A DNA stretch of 64,000 bases from Nitrosopumilus sp. (GTDB taxonomy: Archaea > Thermoproteota > Nitrososphaeria > Nitrososphaerales > Nitrosopumilaceae), in the NCBI GenBank assembly GCA_965205675.1, contig OZ242186.1, positions 1,947,362 through 2,011,361 of the forward strand, read 5' to 3'. Below the pieces are notes generated by a model that made no database searches, was not told the origin of the DNA, and was given only the letters and a program-made list of their open reading frames with translations. The position numbers and the translations under genes are program-made. Of this stretch, positions 31,194-42,826 are shown piece after piece (within the stretch, counting starts at the first letter, position 1; every line of letters starts with the position of its first letter).

Positions 31194-32363
31194 TTATTGC
31201 CAAAGTTTTTCTTTAAATGTTAATTTTTTATTTAAAATGAAATTACTAAAAGCTCCAGTTAAAACACCAATACCTAATGCAGTTGTATATATCCAATTAT
31301 AATTATCAACTAATGAAAATACAACACCGAGTTGTATTAATGCGCCAACTGAGCTAAACATAATAAATTTTGAATATTGTAATATAGTTTTTTTAAATGA
31401 AAAATTTCTATCACCAAATGTCCACCATTTATTTAAAACAAAATTTGACGTCATGGATACAATAATTCCTAAAATATTTGCATGTAAATACCAAATTTCT
31501 GTAACGCCTCCTGAAAATAATAGTGATATAACATAGTTTATTGCAAATCCAATTGCGCCAATTGTATAAAACCTACTTGCTTTTGAAAAGAATTTTATAG
31601 AATTTCTTTTTTCATTGTTTTCTTTAGAATTTCCATAACGATATAATTTCCAAATAGATTTAACATAGTCAAAGATTACTAAAGAATTTAATTTACTTGA
31701 ACCTAGTTCTCTATTTTCAAACGTATAAGGAATTTCTTGAATGCTTATTCCTTTTTTCTTAACAAGTATTTCAAGTAACAATTTGTAACCTATTGCATCA
31801 AAGTTTAATCCTTTCAAAATTGTTTTTTTAAATGCAAAAAATCCTGACATTGGATCATTTGTTTTGATATCAAGACCTTTCTTTGCAATTAAAGTAGCAG
31901 TTTTGCTCATTAGTTTACGTTTTATATTCCATCCGTTTATTTGTCCACCCGTGATGTATCTTGATGCAATTACCATATCACATTGACATCGCTTTAGTGT
32001 TTCGATCATTTTTGGAATTATTTGTGGGGGATGAGAAAGATCACTATCCATAACAACTATAGTATCGCCTGTTGCATGTTGTATTCCACTAAGTATCGCT
32101 GAACTCAATCCATTTTTTGTTGTTCTATGTATTATGCCTATGGTATATCCCGCAATTTTCTTAATATTTTTCAAATAATCATCAACAATCTTACCTGTAC
32201 CATCAGGAGAATTATCATCAACTACTATTGCTTCAGTTAGAATATTTTTTGGAATGATATCGCCAATGGATTTTAGCACATTTAGGATATTTTGTGATTC
32301 ATTGTAAGTAGGAATAATGATTGAAATTTGAGGTTTTTTTGTATTCAATGTTTCAAAAGTCAT
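31194..32363 (-). CDS. GT2 polyprenol-phosphate mannose synthase fused to GtrA
   Basis: IIPTYNE, VDDNSPDGT, MDSDLSH, C-terminal GtrA TMs. Confidence 0.88.
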   Translation of the reverse strand: MTFETLNTKKPQISIIIPTYNESQNILNVLKSIGDIIPKNILTEAIVVDDNSPDGTGKIVDDYLKNIKKIAGYTIGIIHRTTKNGLSSAILSGIQHATGDTIVVMDSDLSHPPQIIPKMIETLKRCQCDMVIASRYITGGQINGWNIKRKLMSKTATLIAKKGLDIKTNDPMSGFFAFKKTILKGLNFDAIGYKLLLEILVKKKGISIQEIPYTFENRELGSSKLNSLVIFDYVKSIWKLYRYGNSKENNEKRNSIKFFSKASRFYTIGAIGFAINYVISLLFSGGVTEIWYLHANILGIIVSMTSNFVLNKWWTFGDRNFSFKKTILQYSKFIMFSSVGALIQLGVVFSLVDNYNWIYTTALGIGVLTGAFSNFILNKKLTFKEKLWQ

Positions 32364-32619
32364 TTGATTAATGGGAAAAACTAAAAGATATTAATTTTTA
32401 ATTAAAAATAATAAATTTCAAACGTCATATTTTTGAACTTTTGGTCTAATATTTAAAGATGAAGATCTTAAATGAATTCAATTTTGTAATTGATATGGAT
32501 AGAATCATTAACAAAATAACTATTGAAAATAGAATTGATGGACTAAATTCTAAAAGAGATTGGAATAAACCCATCAGATGGTAATGGTCGAATTGTGAAA
32601 TATACCATCATCTACTATG

Positions 32620-33290
32620 AATAGAGTGTAGTATTTTAGGACATACTGAATTCATAGACAGTTATAATGAAGAAAATATTCTTTCATATCAACAAATCGA
32701 CAACGCAATTGTAAGTAAGGGAAGAAATTGTACTACATGTTACTATTTGATGTAAACACTGAATGTCATTTAGAGGTTGCATTAGAACTAGGAAAATTCA
32801 CAGCTGTTGACTAGGTAATGGTTCATTATTAACAGCAGATACAAACGTAGCAGATCTTAATTCAGGAATTTATGGAGCATAAAATGATGATTGGATTAAC
32901 AGGAATATTCAGTTCACTAGGTACATTCACTAATACAACTGGAAATGATGATAATGCTGTACAAAAAATGTTAAATTCTTTTACATAAGACCTCTTGCGT
33001 AATTATAGAGATTTTTTCTCAAATTTTGTATTTTAACAGAATTCATACCTGAAAATTCAAATTTCTCAACAATTTGAAAAATCCTGCAGCAAAATTCACG
33101 CCTAGAAATAATTACGCAAGACGTCTATATAACAACACACAAATGTAATCAGCCAAGCTGGTTTGTTTAATAGTACATCAGGTGCATCAAGGACATTTGC
33201 GTTGGAGAATTTCCCATCAAATGTCACCATGAATACAAATGATCAATGAACAGAAACATTGCAATCACTGATTCAGATGCAATGTCTTAG
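32620..33290 (+). pseudogene. Eroded gene remnant interrupted by a MITE (boundaries approximate)
   Basis: Protein-like fragments (ILGHTEF, YQQIDNAIV, ISQAGLFNSTSG, FALENFP) broken by stops and frameshifts. Confidence 0.4.
32988..33126. mobile_element. ~140-bp MITE, copy 1
   Basis: TIRs agacctcttgcgtaatta / taattacgcaagacgtct; near-identical reverse complement at 52511-52650. Confidence 0.9.
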
Positions 33291-33299
33291 ACACATGAA

Positions 33300-34070
33300 C
33301 TATTTTTTGTTTTTCTTTACTTTTCTATAGCCGTGACTAAAGTTTTTATCATATAGTTTAGAATATTCATAAGTTTCTGGATTAATTACATTACTGATTA
33401 TCACTATAGCTGTTCTAGTAATTTTTTCATCTTTGATTTTTTGTGTAATAGTATCTAAGGTTCCTTTGATAATTTTTTGATCTTTCCAACTTGCTCTATA
33501 GACTACAGCAACTGGTGTTGATTTTTTGTATCCTCCTGCAATTGCTTCTTTAGTTAATTTAGAAAGTAGATGAATGCTAAGATAAAAGATCAGAGTAGCT
33601 TTGTGTTTTGAGAGTTCAGATATTTTTTCATGTTTGGGTACTTTAGTTCTTGATTCTACCCTTGTTACAATGATTGTTTGTGTAACTCCAGGAAGTGTTA
33701 GTTGAGTTCCAAGTGCAGCAGCTGAGGCTAAAAATGCAGTAACTCCAGGTACAACTATGGATTTTATCCCTTTATTCTCAAGATTATCAATCTGTTCTTT
33801 GATTGCACCATAAATTGAAGGATCTCCATCATGTAAACGCACAACAAGTTTGTCTTTTTTAGCATTTTTGTACAATAAATGAAAGATTTCTTCTCTGACT
33901 AGCTTTGCAGCGTTATGTAGTTTGCCTTTTTTACATAGTTTTAAAATTGGTTCAGGTATCAAAGAACCTGAGTATACAACGACATCTGCCTTTTGAATTA
34001 ATTTTTTAGCTTTGATAGTGATTAAATCAGGATCGCCTGGCCCACATCCAACAAAAAATACATCAGACAC
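33300..34070 (-). CDS. cbiF: Precorrin-4 C11-methyltransferase
   Basis: GCGPGDPDLIT, YSGSL, RLHDGDPSIYGA, QTIIVTR. Confidence 0.92.
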   Translation of the reverse strand: MSDVFFVGCGPGDPDLITIKAKKLIQKADVVVYSGSLIPEPILKLCKKGKLHNAAKLVREEIFHLLYKNAKKDKLVVRLHDGDPSIYGAIKEQIDNLENKGIKSIVVPGVTAFLASAAALGTQLTLPGVTQTIIVTRVESRTKVPKHEKISELSKHKATLIFYLSIHLLSKLTKEAIAGGYKKSTPVAVVYRASWKDQKIIKGTLDTITQKIKDEKITRTAIVIISNVINPETYEYSKLYDKNFSHGYRKVKKNKK

Positions 34071-34785
34071 GTTTTACCACCAAAATTGAAAAATACTTTG
34101 TTGTCAATGATGAATCATTTACTTCACCCAAAGTCATTTTTCTAATAATTTCATTTTCTGTTCCAAGATCTTGTCCAATAGCAAAAATAGAATTATCTGG
34201 AAATCCAGATTCTTTTAACACATCAATTACCTTATCAAAATATCTTCCATCTTTTAGAAATATCATTGATTCAGAATTTTTTGCAATCTCTTTTACACTT
34301 GATAAGTCATAACAAGATGGAATGATTGCAACCTTTTCTGCACCCTCAGCTATGCTTACACCAACTTTGGATGCAAATGTAAACATGGATACAATTCCAG
34401 GAATTACACTAATGTTCATGTCTGGATAATTTTCTTTAAGATCTTTGTGCATGTAAATCCAAGTACTATACAAGAAAGGATCACCAACTGTGAGATAAAC
34501 AACATTCTTTCCAGTCAAAACAGTTTCAGCCATTATTCTTGCATTCTTTTTCCATGTAGCTTCTAAAACATCTTTGTCTTTAGTCATTGGAAAAATTAAT
34601 TTTACAATTTTTTGGCTTTTGGATTTATCAATAATTGGCGAAACGACTCCAAATGCAATACTTGGCCTTTCTTCATTTGAAGCAGGACACATTATAATAT
34701 CGGCATTCTGAATTGCATTAACTGCCTTGACAGTAAGTAAATCAACATCTCCAGGACCTACTCCTACTCCTATTAATCCAGGCAT
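34063..34785 (-). CDS. cbiL: Precorrin-2 C20-methyltransferase
   Basis: GVGPGD..LLTVKA, FPM, GDPFLYST, YFS. Confidence 0.92.
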   Translation of the reverse strand: MPGLIGVGVGPGDVDLLTVKAVNAIQNADIIMCPASNEERPSIAFGVVSPIIDKSKSQKIVKLIFPMTKDKDVLEATWKKNARIMAETVLTGKNVVYLTVGDPFLYSTWIYMHKDLKENYPDMNISVIPGIVSMFTFASKVGVSIAEGAEKVAIIPSCYDLSSVKEIAKNSESMIFLKDGRYFDKVIDVLKESGFPDNSIFAIGQDLGTENEIIRKMTLGEVNDSSLTTKYFSILVVKRV

Positions 34786-34821
34786 GAAAAGTATGATTTT
34801 CTACCTAATTAAAAATCTAGA

Positions 34822-35424
34822 TTAAACTTTAGTAGCAGATATAATAGTTATAGGATTTCTTGCAAGCATCATAGTTCCAGTACTGGTTTTTCGGCTCTTT
34901 GATATCGTAACTTGAGTGATATCAACAGATTCAAACTGTAATTTATCTAATACTTGTAATACAGAATACAGAGTCTCAATTAGAATAATTCCAACTACAA
35001 TTCGACCTCCAGATTTTAGTTTATTTTCAGAAAGCTCAACTATCTCTTTAGTATCATCTCCAGTTCCACCAATGAATATAGTATCAGCTTCTTCAAATTT
35101 TAGAATTTTTTCTTTGGCATTACCAAAAACTATTGAAACATTTGATACGTTAAATTTTTTTATATTTTTTTTAGTTAATTCTATAGCATTTTCATCATAA
35201 TCAACTGCCAAAACTTTACCGATAGATTCTATTTGCAGTGCAGCCTCAATAGAAATAGAACCACTGCCGCATCCAATATCATAAACAATTTGTCCTGGTT
35301 TTAATCTAGCCTTGCTAATTTGAATAACTCTAACTTCTTCTTTAGTTATAGGAACTTTTTCTGCTCTTTCAAATTCTTCATCAGGTATGCCAGGTGTTTT
35401 AAATTTCCACATAACTATTACCAT
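34822..35424 (-). CDS. cbiT: Precorrin-6Y C15-methyltransferase (decarboxylating)
   Basis: PITKEEVR, DIGCGSGSI, FIGG, ARNPI. Confidence 0.92.
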   Translation of the reverse strand: MVIVMWKFKTPGIPDEEFERAEKVPITKEEVRVIQISKARLKPGQIVYDIGCGSGSISIEAALQIESIGKVLAVDYDENAIELTKKNIKKFNVSNVSIVFGNAKEKILKFEEADTIFIGGTGDDTKEIVELSENKLKSGGRIVVGIILIETLYSVLQVLDKLQFESVDITQVTISKSRKTSTGTMMLARNPITIISATKV

Positions 35425-35439
35425 GTTTTAATTTCTAAA

Positions 35440-35919
35440 CTAAATGTTAATTCCATTAGAAGTATTTCCTAAATGATTTAATGTATTAGTTACAATCCAT
35501 GAAAATAAGTACAGAAAAACATAGCTGCCAATAGCTTGTGTAACAATTTTTTTTCTATCAGATGATGGTAATTGCATCTTCATTGCTTTTGCAACTATAA
35601 CTGTTCCAAAAAATATCAGAATCATAAATCCAATTGATGCCCATCTTCTATCCTCACCTTCAATATCTTCAAAGATAAAAGTAGCTGCAGTTCCGGCAAT
35701 TATAGCCAAAATAACACGCATCCAAAATAATTTATTTAATTTTTTATCTTTTTCACTTTTCTCTGCTAGATTTACTGACGGATCATCTGAAGGTGTATCT
35801 GGTACAGACTTGGGTTTTTCAGTTTCTGGGATCTCTGTTGGAATATCTTCTACGAATTCCTTTTTAGAGTCATTAGGATCAACTGTAGGTTCAGATTTTT
35901 TCTTTTTGAATTTTGCCAA
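35440..35919 (-). CDS. Small 3-TM membrane protein (possibly EMC6-like)
   Basis: Charged N-terminus then three TMs, ending GSYVFLYLFSW. Confidence 0.5.
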   Translation of the reverse strand: MAKFKKKKSEPTVDPNDSKKEFVEDIPTEIPETEKPKSVPDTPSDDPSVNLAEKSEKDKKLNKLFWMRVILAIIAGTAATFIFEDIEGEDRRWASIGFMILIFFGTVIVAKAMKMQLPSSDRKKIVTQAIGSYVFLYLFSWIVTNTLNHLGNTSNGINI

Positions 35920-36022
35920 GTAAATTTCTAGCGTGTCTCAAGCAAACCATGTTTAATATCTTTGGTCAAGATTTGAGTATATCAAAGCAAGAGTATAATT
36001 TTAGACAAAAAATAGGATAGTT

Positions 36023-37969
36023 ATGGCTCTAGCAGGAATAGAATTACGATATTTAGTTGATAAAATTACAGAGCAAGTTCAAGGATACTATATTAGTAAT
36101 ATTTATGGAATTACAAAAGATAGTATTCTATTCAAACTTCATCATACGGAAAAAAGCGATCTTTTCATGATGATTTCAACATCAGGTGTTTGGTTAACTG
36201 CGGTAAAAATTGATCAGATAGAACCAAACAGATTACTCAAGAGATTACGTAGTGATCTGCTTAGATTAAAATTAAAAAAAATAGAACAAATTGGTGCAGA
36301 AAGAATTGCATATTTTACTTTTGAAGGATTTGGAAAAGAATTTGTTTTGGTAGGAGAGTTTTTTGGAGATGGCAATATTTTACTATGTGATAAAGAAAGA
36401 AAAATTCTTGCATTACAGCACTCAATTGACGTTAGACATAGAAAGCTAAGTGTTGGTTTAAAATATACTCAACCACCAAGTAGTAGATTAGATATTTTTA
36501 ATCTAAAAGGATCAGATTTTGATGAACTTAAAACGACAGATTTAGTTGCTGCAAAATGGTTTGGTAGAACTTTGGGTTTACCAAAAAAATATGTCGAAAC
36601 AGTTTTTGAGATTGCAAAAATTGATGGAAAACGAATTGGAAATTTATTAACAGAAGAAGAGATCAAAAAAATTTTTGAGACTATAAAGAAAATTGTTTCA
36701 GATGTAATATCTGGAAATCATAAAGTAGTAATAATAAAAAATGAAAAAACAGAAGTACTTCCTCTAAGATTAGGAAAATTAGAGGGGGAAATAATTCCAG
36801 CTAACAGTTTCATAGAAGGATTAGACACTGTATTTACTGAAAATATTATAGAAAAAGGAAAATCTATTCAATCGAGTAGATCAGATAAAAAAACCAAAGA
36901 ATTACAAACACAGATTTCTGAACAAGAAAAAGCAATTGAGACTGTAAAAGAAAGATCTAAAAATATCACAAATGTTGCAAATTCACTTTTTGAGATGGTA
37001 TCAAAGGGAATAATATCAATTCAAGACAGTCTAGCACAAGAGATTTTAACAAACAATAATGCAAAACTAGTTAATGAAAAAGGAATTTCATTAATTGTTG
37101 TTCAAGATGAAAAAATAAAGATAAACACTGAATCTCCACTTCAGTCAATTGCTTCAGTGTTATTTAATGAAGCAAAAAAACAATCAGGTGCAATATCTTC
37201 TATTCAAGCAATTAAAGAGAAAACAGAAAAGAAATTAGAAAAATTCCAAAGTAAGACAGATTCAGAAAAAGATCTGATTGTAATTTCAGAAATTAGGAAA
37301 AAGAATTGGTATGAAAGATATAGATGGTTCTTTACAACTGATGGATTTCTTACGATTGGGGGAAGGGATGCAGCATCAAATTCAGCTGTAATTAGAAAAC
37401 ATTTAGATAAAAACGACAAAGTGTTTCATGGTGATATTTTTGGTTCACCATTTTTTATTTTAAAGAATGCAGAAAATGCACCTAATTCAAGTATGAATGA
37501 AATAGCACATGCTACAGTTTGTTTTAGCAGAGCTTGGAGAGAAGGAATGTATGGAATAAGTGCATACTGGGTTCATCCTGAACAAGTAAAAAAATCAGCA
37601 CCAAGTGGAGAATTTCTTCCAAAGGGATCATTTACCATAGAAGGACAAAGAAATTTTATCAAATCAGAAACTCTTCGTTTAGCAGTTGGGATTATACCAA
37701 TTGATGATGATTATGTGTTAACATGTGGCCCTCCAGAATCAATTAAGAAAAATTCTCTTTGTTATGCAATAATTGAACCACATGGTCTAGAAATGGTAGA
37801 AGCTGCTAAAAAAATACGAATAGAGTTTTCTAAAATGTTTGAAGATATTACAAAGAAAATAAACATTGATGAATTTGTTCGTGCATTACCAGCTGGTAAA
37901 AGTCAGATAGTGGAAGTGAACATGGGAAATTCACAAAAAGAGAACGCTATTGATAATGAATTTGACTAG
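36023..37969 (+). CDS. rqcH: Ribosome quality control protein RqcH/NEMF (NFACT)
   Basis: EFFGDGNILL, WYERYRWF, GGRDA..N, SGEFLPKGSF. Confidence 0.9.
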   Translation: MALAGIELRYLVDKITEQVQGYYISNIYGITKDSILFKLHHTEKSDLFMMISTSGVWLTAVKIDQIEPNRLLKRLRSDLLRLKLKKIEQIGAERIAYFTFEGFGKEFVLVGEFFGDGNILLCDKERKILALQHSIDVRHRKLSVGLKYTQPPSSRLDIFNLKGSDFDELKTTDLVAAKWFGRTLGLPKKYVETVFEIAKIDGKRIGNLLTEEEIKKIFETIKKIVSDVISGNHKVVIIKNEKTEVLPLRLGKLEGEIIPANSFIEGLDTVFTENIIEKGKSIQSSRSDKKTKELQTQISEQEKAIETVKERSKNITNVANSLFEMVSKGIISIQDSLAQEILTNNNAKLVNEKGISLIVVQDEKIKINTESPLQSIASVLFNEAKKQSGAISSIQAIKEKTEKKLEKFQSKTDSEKDLIVISEIRKKNWYERYRWFFTTDGFLTIGGRDAASNSAVIRKHLDKNDKVFHGDIFGSPFFILKNAENAPNSSMNEIAHATVCFSRAWREGMYGISAYWVHPEQVKKSAPSGEFLPKGSFTIEGQRNFIKSETLRLAVGIIPIDDDYVLTCGPPESIKKNSLCYAIIEPHGLEMVEAAKKIRIEFSKMFEDITKKINIDEFVRALPAGKSQIVEVNMGNSQKENAIDNEFD

Positions 37970-38333
37970 ATTCAGTATCAAAAGAAATTTTCATTCCATC
38001 TTTAATTGAAAGAAATTCTTCATCACTAACTGTGATTAATGGAATATTTGCTAATGCACATCCAGTAGCAACTGTGAGATCTGCTTTTTGACAAATCATG
38101 GCAATAGGAGCTGTTTGATTTGATTTTATCGAATAAATCGTATATGCACCAACACTGCTTCCTACGCCAGAAGGAAACACAAGAACAGAATCTTTGAGAG
38201 ACTTTTCATACAAGTCATGATTCTTGTCACTGATAATTCCAGTTTTTTTATCCACTGTACCTAAAAAATTGATTGGATTTTCAGATTTTAAAACTATGCC
38301 TTTTATTTTTCCTGAAACTAGAATTTTTTTCAT
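37947..38333 (-). CDS. AcnX small (swivel) subunit, DUF126
   Basis: INFLGTVD..TG, GVGSSVG; coupled to the large subunit. Confidence 0.88.
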   Translation of the reverse strand: MKKILVSGKIKGIVLKSENPINFLGTVDKKTGIISDKNHDLYEKSLKDSVLVFPSGVGSSVGAYTIYSIKSNQTAPIAMICQKADLTVATGCALANIPLITVSDEEFLSIKDGMKISFDTESSQIHYQ

Positions 38334-39484
38334 CTTGTCTCATCTTCAACTATTTGTAATAATGGTTTTAGATTAACATCTATGTTATTAGAATTTTTAA
38401 GATAAAATGCGCCTTTAATACTATTTGTTGTAACTGCATCTACATTATCTTTAGTAATCAATGGAGACAAACATGTACAACAGTCAGAAAGAATTTCACA
38501 TCCTGCACGTTCAAGTTCTGCAATATATCCAATTTTTGTAGATTGTTCTTTTACAGTTCTAGGCATAAACACCATACATCTTTTTTGAAAAGAGCGACCC
38601 TTTAGTTTGCCGGTAAGATCAGAGATTTCATCTAATCCTAATTGAGGACTACCAAGTGTAATGATATCACCTTTTTCTGCTGTGTTTAATTCATCATGAA
38701 TATTTTGCATTTCTTTTTCATCAAAATCTATTTTTTCACAATTAGAATTGCCTTCTGCAAAAATAAATTTAGCACAAGTTCCAGAGGTTCCCATTCCACC
38801 ACACATTGCTTTGGTTTGTCTCTTATCCATTTCATTTAATCCTGAAATATTTACAGATGTATCTCCAATTTTTCCAGCAAAGAATCCAAGCATTCCATAT
38901 GTTAGTTCATTAGGATTTGGTATTTTCATTCGAATGGTAATATTTGGATTATCTTCTTTTCTTAGTGAAGAGAATGGACTTTTTCCAACAATTGCACTAG
39001 ATAATGCACTAAATGCACTTTCTTTGTTTGTCTTTAATTTATCAAAAGAATTTGCATGTATTGCAGCATTACTTTCTGCAAAAGCTACCTGAGTTCCATC
39101 TTTTGGAATATCAAATATTTCATAAGGAATACATGAAAATGAAGGAATAACACCCATTGTTTCATATGAGTTTCTAATTGAAAGTTGTTTTGAGATAAAA
39201 TTTTCATCTAATCCATAATTGACCACATTATCAATATCAAATCCCATGGGATTCAAAGTAGTTTTGACTTTGACTTGTGCATATTTACTAATACTAGATA
39301 GAAATTCTTCTCCTGCATCACCAATTGTATTATAATTTACGCCTGAAAGATGAGCCCATTCTATGGGAACAAGTTTTTCAGCATCAGTTGCCTCACCTGT
39401 GGCAACAAGAATTCTATATGCCATCTGCATAATTTCTCCTTGTTCACCTTTTAATGCAGATTCTTCATCTCTAGTTAATTCCAA
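38330..39484 (-). CDS. AcnX large subunit, DUF521 (putative phosphomevalonate dehydratase)
   Basis: AHLSGV, TTLNP, SCIPY, ESNA...ANS, TNKE, TTNS.K. Confidence 0.88.
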   Translation of the reverse strand: MELTRDEESALKGEQGEIMQMAYRILVATGEATDAEKLVPIEWAHLSGVNYNTIGDAGEEFLSSISKYAQVKVKTTLNPMGFDIDNVVNYGLDENFISKQLSIRNSYETMGVIPSFSCIPYEIFDIPKDGTQVAFAESNAAIHANSFDKLKTNKESAFSALSSAIVGKSPFSSLRKEDNPNITIRMKIPNPNELTYGMLGFFAGKIGDTSVNISGLNEMDKRQTKAMCGGMGTSGTCAKFIFAEGNSNCEKIDFDEKEMQNIHDELNTAEKGDIITLGSPQLGLDEISDLTGKLKGRSFQKRCMVFMPRTVKEQSTKIGYIAELERAGCEILSDCCTCLSPLITKDNVDAVTTNSIKGAFYLKNSNNIDVNLKPLLQIVEDETR

Positions 39485-39539
39485 TAAAATTATTGTAATA
39501 TTACAGTTATAATACTTGTAGGTAGTTTTTCAGTTAGAA

Positions 39540-40190
39540 ATGGAAAAAATACTTTCTGGAATGACAAAGACAATGAATGCAGTAAAACCTCCAAGAATAA
39601 CTGCATTAAGAGATCTTCATGATGCAGAAACTGGTCCATTTAGTATTTTGATCGGAACCATACTATCTGCAAGAACAAAAGATGAAACTACTACAAAAGT
39701 AGTTAAAGAATTATTTTTAAAATATAAAAATCCAAAACAATTAGCTGGTGCGAAAATTAAAGATATTGAGGAAATAATAAAATCAATTGGATTCTTTCAT
39801 GTAAAATCTAAAAGAATTATTGACGTTGCAAAAATAATAGATAGAAAGTACAAAGGTAAAGTTCCAGAAGAATTAGATACTTTGATACAATTACCTGGAG
39901 TGGGGAGAAAAACTGCAAATTGTGTTCTTGTATATGCATTTGAAAAACCAGCAATTCCAGTGGACATTCATGTTCATAGAATTTCAAATAGATTAGGTTT
40001 AGTTGAAACAAAAAATCCAGAAGAAACAGAACAAGAATTAATGAAGAAAATTAAAAAGAAATTTTGGATTGACATTAACGATACTTTTGTAATGTATGGT
40101 CAGAATATTTGTAAACCAATTTCACCAATGTGTGATGTATGTCAGATTAAAAAAAATTGTAAATTTTATAAATCTAAGAACGCTTCTTAG
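39540..40190 (+). CDS. nth: Endonuclease III
   Basis: LPGVGRKTA, VDIHV.R, C-terminal 4Fe-4S Cys motif. Confidence 0.95.
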   Translation: MEKILSGMTKTMNAVKPPRITALRDLHDAETGPFSILIGTILSARTKDETTTKVVKELFLKYKNPKQLAGAKIKDIEEIIKSIGFFHVKSKRIIDVAKIIDRKYKGKVPEELDTLIQLPGVGRKTANCVLVYAFEKPAIPVDIHVHRISNRLGLVETKNPEETEQELMKKIKKKFWIDINDTFVMYGQNICKPISPMCDVCQIKKNCKFYKSKNAS

Positions 40191-40842
40191 TTAGGAATAA
40201 TATTCCAACTACTACTCCCATGCCTGCTGCAATATAAAATGGAAATAGTGCAAATACATTCTTTGCAGGATCACCTGATAGAAATTCTACAATCATACTA
40301 CCAGAATTTACAGATGGAGGATCAGTGGAACCCTCCAGTCCATGAACAGAATATGAGTGAAGTGCAAATTGGCCTATATCGAGGTTAGTGACCACAATTC
40401 TAGCGCCGTTATTTACAGTCAGGCCTGCTCGGTCAGTGTAAGATATGATAGATTTTGCTTGAGGATACCATCCTCTGTCAAAGTCTTTATAAACAACAAC
40501 GTATCCTTCTTTTGGTGTTTGAACTGCAACCCAAAACTTGTTATCAGGTTGTGATCCCATTCCAACTTCAATAAATTCATCTTGTGTTTCTTGATCGTAT
40601 AATCTTAAAACTGCATTTCCATTTGGATTTGAATAAAGTAGATTGTTATCAATTGTTACTTGCCAACTAACTGCATGGATGTCTGCTAAAACTCTAATTG
40701 GCGCTTCTCGTAATACGGTGTTAAACTCATCTGAAGGAATTTCTAATGTATCAATAATTAATGATGGATTGTTTGGTTCTTGAGCAAATGCAGTGGATAC
40801 AGTAATTCCAATGAATAAAATTATCGTAAAGAAATACTTCAC
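40174..40842 (-). CDS. Secreted protein with C-terminal membrane anchor
   Basis: Signal peptide ending AFA; C-terminal TM followed by KKR. Confidence 0.6.
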   Translation of the reverse strand: MKYFFTIILFIGITVSTAFAQEPNNPSLIIDTLEIPSDEFNTVLREAPIRVLADIHAVSWQVTIDNNLLYSNPNGNAVLRLYDQETQDEFIEVGMGSQPDNKFWVAVQTPKEGYVVVYKDFDRGWYPQAKSIISYTDRAGLTVNNGARIVVTNLDIGQFALHSYSVHGLEGSTDPPSVNSGSMIVEFLSGDPAKNVFALFPFYIAAGMGVVVGILFLTKKRS

Positions 40843-40872
40843 AAGCTAAAACAGATTTGATTAAATAAAAAT

Positions 40873-42015
40873 CTAATCAACAAATGGTTTTGGATGATCT
40901 AATATTATTTGTGCGACTTCTGGTCTTAGGATAAACTCAGAAGGTGCTTGACCATTTTGAATCATTTCTCTTAGTGCAGTTCCACTGATTTGCTCTTTAA
41001 CGTCATTATCATGTGGACATGCTTTTGGTGTAGTGTATGTAAGACATTTCTTACAATAAAAGAAAGGTGGAAAAAATACTGGAGAAATTTCTAACTCTGG
41101 ATAATCACCAAAGATTTTTTGTGCTGCAAATGGATCATAAAACTTTCCAACACCTGCATGATCTCGTCCGATGATAATGTGTGTACAACCATAATTTTGT
41201 CTCATAATTGCATGATGAATTGCTTCTTTTGGACCTGCATACTTCATTTGTGTATGTAAAGTTCCAAGTTGACATTTATTTTCTGGATAATATAGTTTTA
41301 TCATTGTTTTATAACATTTTACAATTACTTCATCTACAAAGTCGCCAGATTTTTTCTTTCCAATAATTGGATTTACAAATACACCATCACGTGTAGTAAT
41401 AGATGTTTTTTGTAGCATTTCGTGGGCAACATGTGGTGGATTTCTAGTCTGAAATGCACAAATTGTCTTCCACCCAGCTTTTGCAAAAGATTTTCGTGTT
41501 TGGATTGGTGTTAACCTATTTTTTCGAATTTCAGTATCATTGGGTCTTTGAATATAATCTATTTTTCCACCAACCAAATAATCTTTCATAGACATTGTGT
41601 ATGCAACACCTGGATGCGATGAATCATTGGTACCATAAACACCTTGAACAGTTTTTTCTTTATCAAAAGAATATGTTTCCTCAACATGTAATACTGCAAT
41701 TCCAATGCCATCTAGATTTTGTAATAAAACATCTTTTGCATCTTTCATTTTAGATGCAGTTTCTTCATCAACATCAAGTACAATGGGAATAGTCCAAGCT
41801 AAATCATTTGATAATCTTCCACGTAAAACAACACTTTCAAAGTCTTGTTGACCTAAAAATCCATTTAATGGACTAAAAATTCCATCTGCAATATTTTCAA
41901 CATCATTTGCTAAATCTTCACTAATAGTAATTGCAAATAATCCTAAAGGATCAATTTTGGTAATTCTATTTACTAGTATTCCACCATGTGGCTTTATTGA
42001 ATTATTTTCTGACAT
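40873..42015 (-). CDS. sat: Sulfate adenylyltransferase
   Basis: [26 protein letters not shown]. Confidence 0.95.
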   Translation of the reverse strand: MSENNSIKPHGGILVNRITKIDPLGLFAITISEDLANDVENIADGIFSPLNGFLGQQDFESVVLRGRLSNDLAWTIPIVLDVDEETASKMKDAKDVLLQNLDGIGIAVLHVEETYSFDKEKTVQGVYGTNDSSHPGVAYTMSMKDYLVGGKIDYIQRPNDTEIRKNRLTPIQTRKSFAKAGWKTICAFQTRNPPHVAHEMLQKTSITTRDGVFVNPIIGKKKSGDFVDEVIVKCYKTMIKLYYPENKCQLGTLHTQMKYAGPKEAIHHAIMRQNYGCTHIIIGRDHAGVGKFYDPFAAQKIFGDYPELEISPVFFPPFFYCKKCLTYTTPKACPHDNDVKEQISGTALREMIQNGQAPSEFILRPEVAQIILDHPKPFVD

Positions 42016-42016
42016 A

Positions 42017-42742
42017 CTAACCCATTCTTTTACGCTCTATATGAAGGCCACATTCTTTGTTCCCTTCTTGTTCCCACCACCATCTACCTGCACGAATGTC
42101 TTCTCCAGGTTTAATTGGTCTAGTACATGGTTCACAACCTATACTTGGATAACCTTTGTCAAGCAGACTGTTATATGGTAAATTATTTTTTTTAATATAT
42201 TCTTGAATTTGATCCCATGTCCAATCAATAATTGGATTTATTTTTAAAATCCCCTCATGACCGTGATCTAGTTGAAATATAGTTATATTTTCACGGTTTT
42301 TAGTCTGATCTCGTCTTAATCCCGTTATCCAACCATCTAAAGTGTTTAACATCTTATTCATTGGATGCACTTTACGAATTTCACAACAAAGTTTTCTATT
42401 CTCAATATTTTCATAGAACAGATTCATTCCTTTCTCATGAACCATCTCTTCAACTTCTGTTGCATCAGGGAATAAAACTTCAATAGAAATATTGTACTTT
42501 TTACTTACTACATCTATAATATCATAGGTTTCTTGTGGTAATCTTCCAGTATCCAGAGTAAAGAATCGAAATTTAGGATTAATTTTTAGCATGATATCCA
42601 TAACTACAGCATCCTCAGCACCAAAGCTTGATGCTTTTGCAACTTTAGGGTGAAGGTTATTTGAAGCCCATTTTAATGCATCTTCAGTAGTTGTTATTTT
42701 TGAGTTTAATTCATCTATTTGTTCTTGTGTGAATTTTGTCAT
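42017..42742 (-). CDS. cysH: APS/PAPS reductase; CC...CxxC suggests 4Fe-4S APS type
   Basis: [30 protein letters not shown]. Confidence 0.92.
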   Translation of the reverse strand: MTKFTQEQIDELNSKITTTEDALKWASNNLHPKVAKASSFGAEDAVVMDIMLKINPKFRFFTLDTGRLPQETYDIIDVVSKKYNISIEVLFPDATEVEEMVHEKGMNLFYENIENRKLCCEIRKVHPMNKMLNTLDGWITGLRRDQTKNRENITIFQLDHGHEGILKINPIIDWTWDQIQEYIKKNNLPYNSLLDKGYPSIGCEPCTRPIKPGEDIRAGRWWWEQEGNKECGLHIERKRMG

Positions 42743-42826
42743 ATTTTCATTTAGATTATTTGTTTTATATTGATTGCCTAAAGATCTATCCTAAATTATA
42801 AACAAGTATAATTCAGAATAGAAAAT

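Noticed and set aside
37947-39484. AcnX pair as an unusual aconitase
   Set aside because: Explained by the known archaeal mevalonate pathway dehydratase
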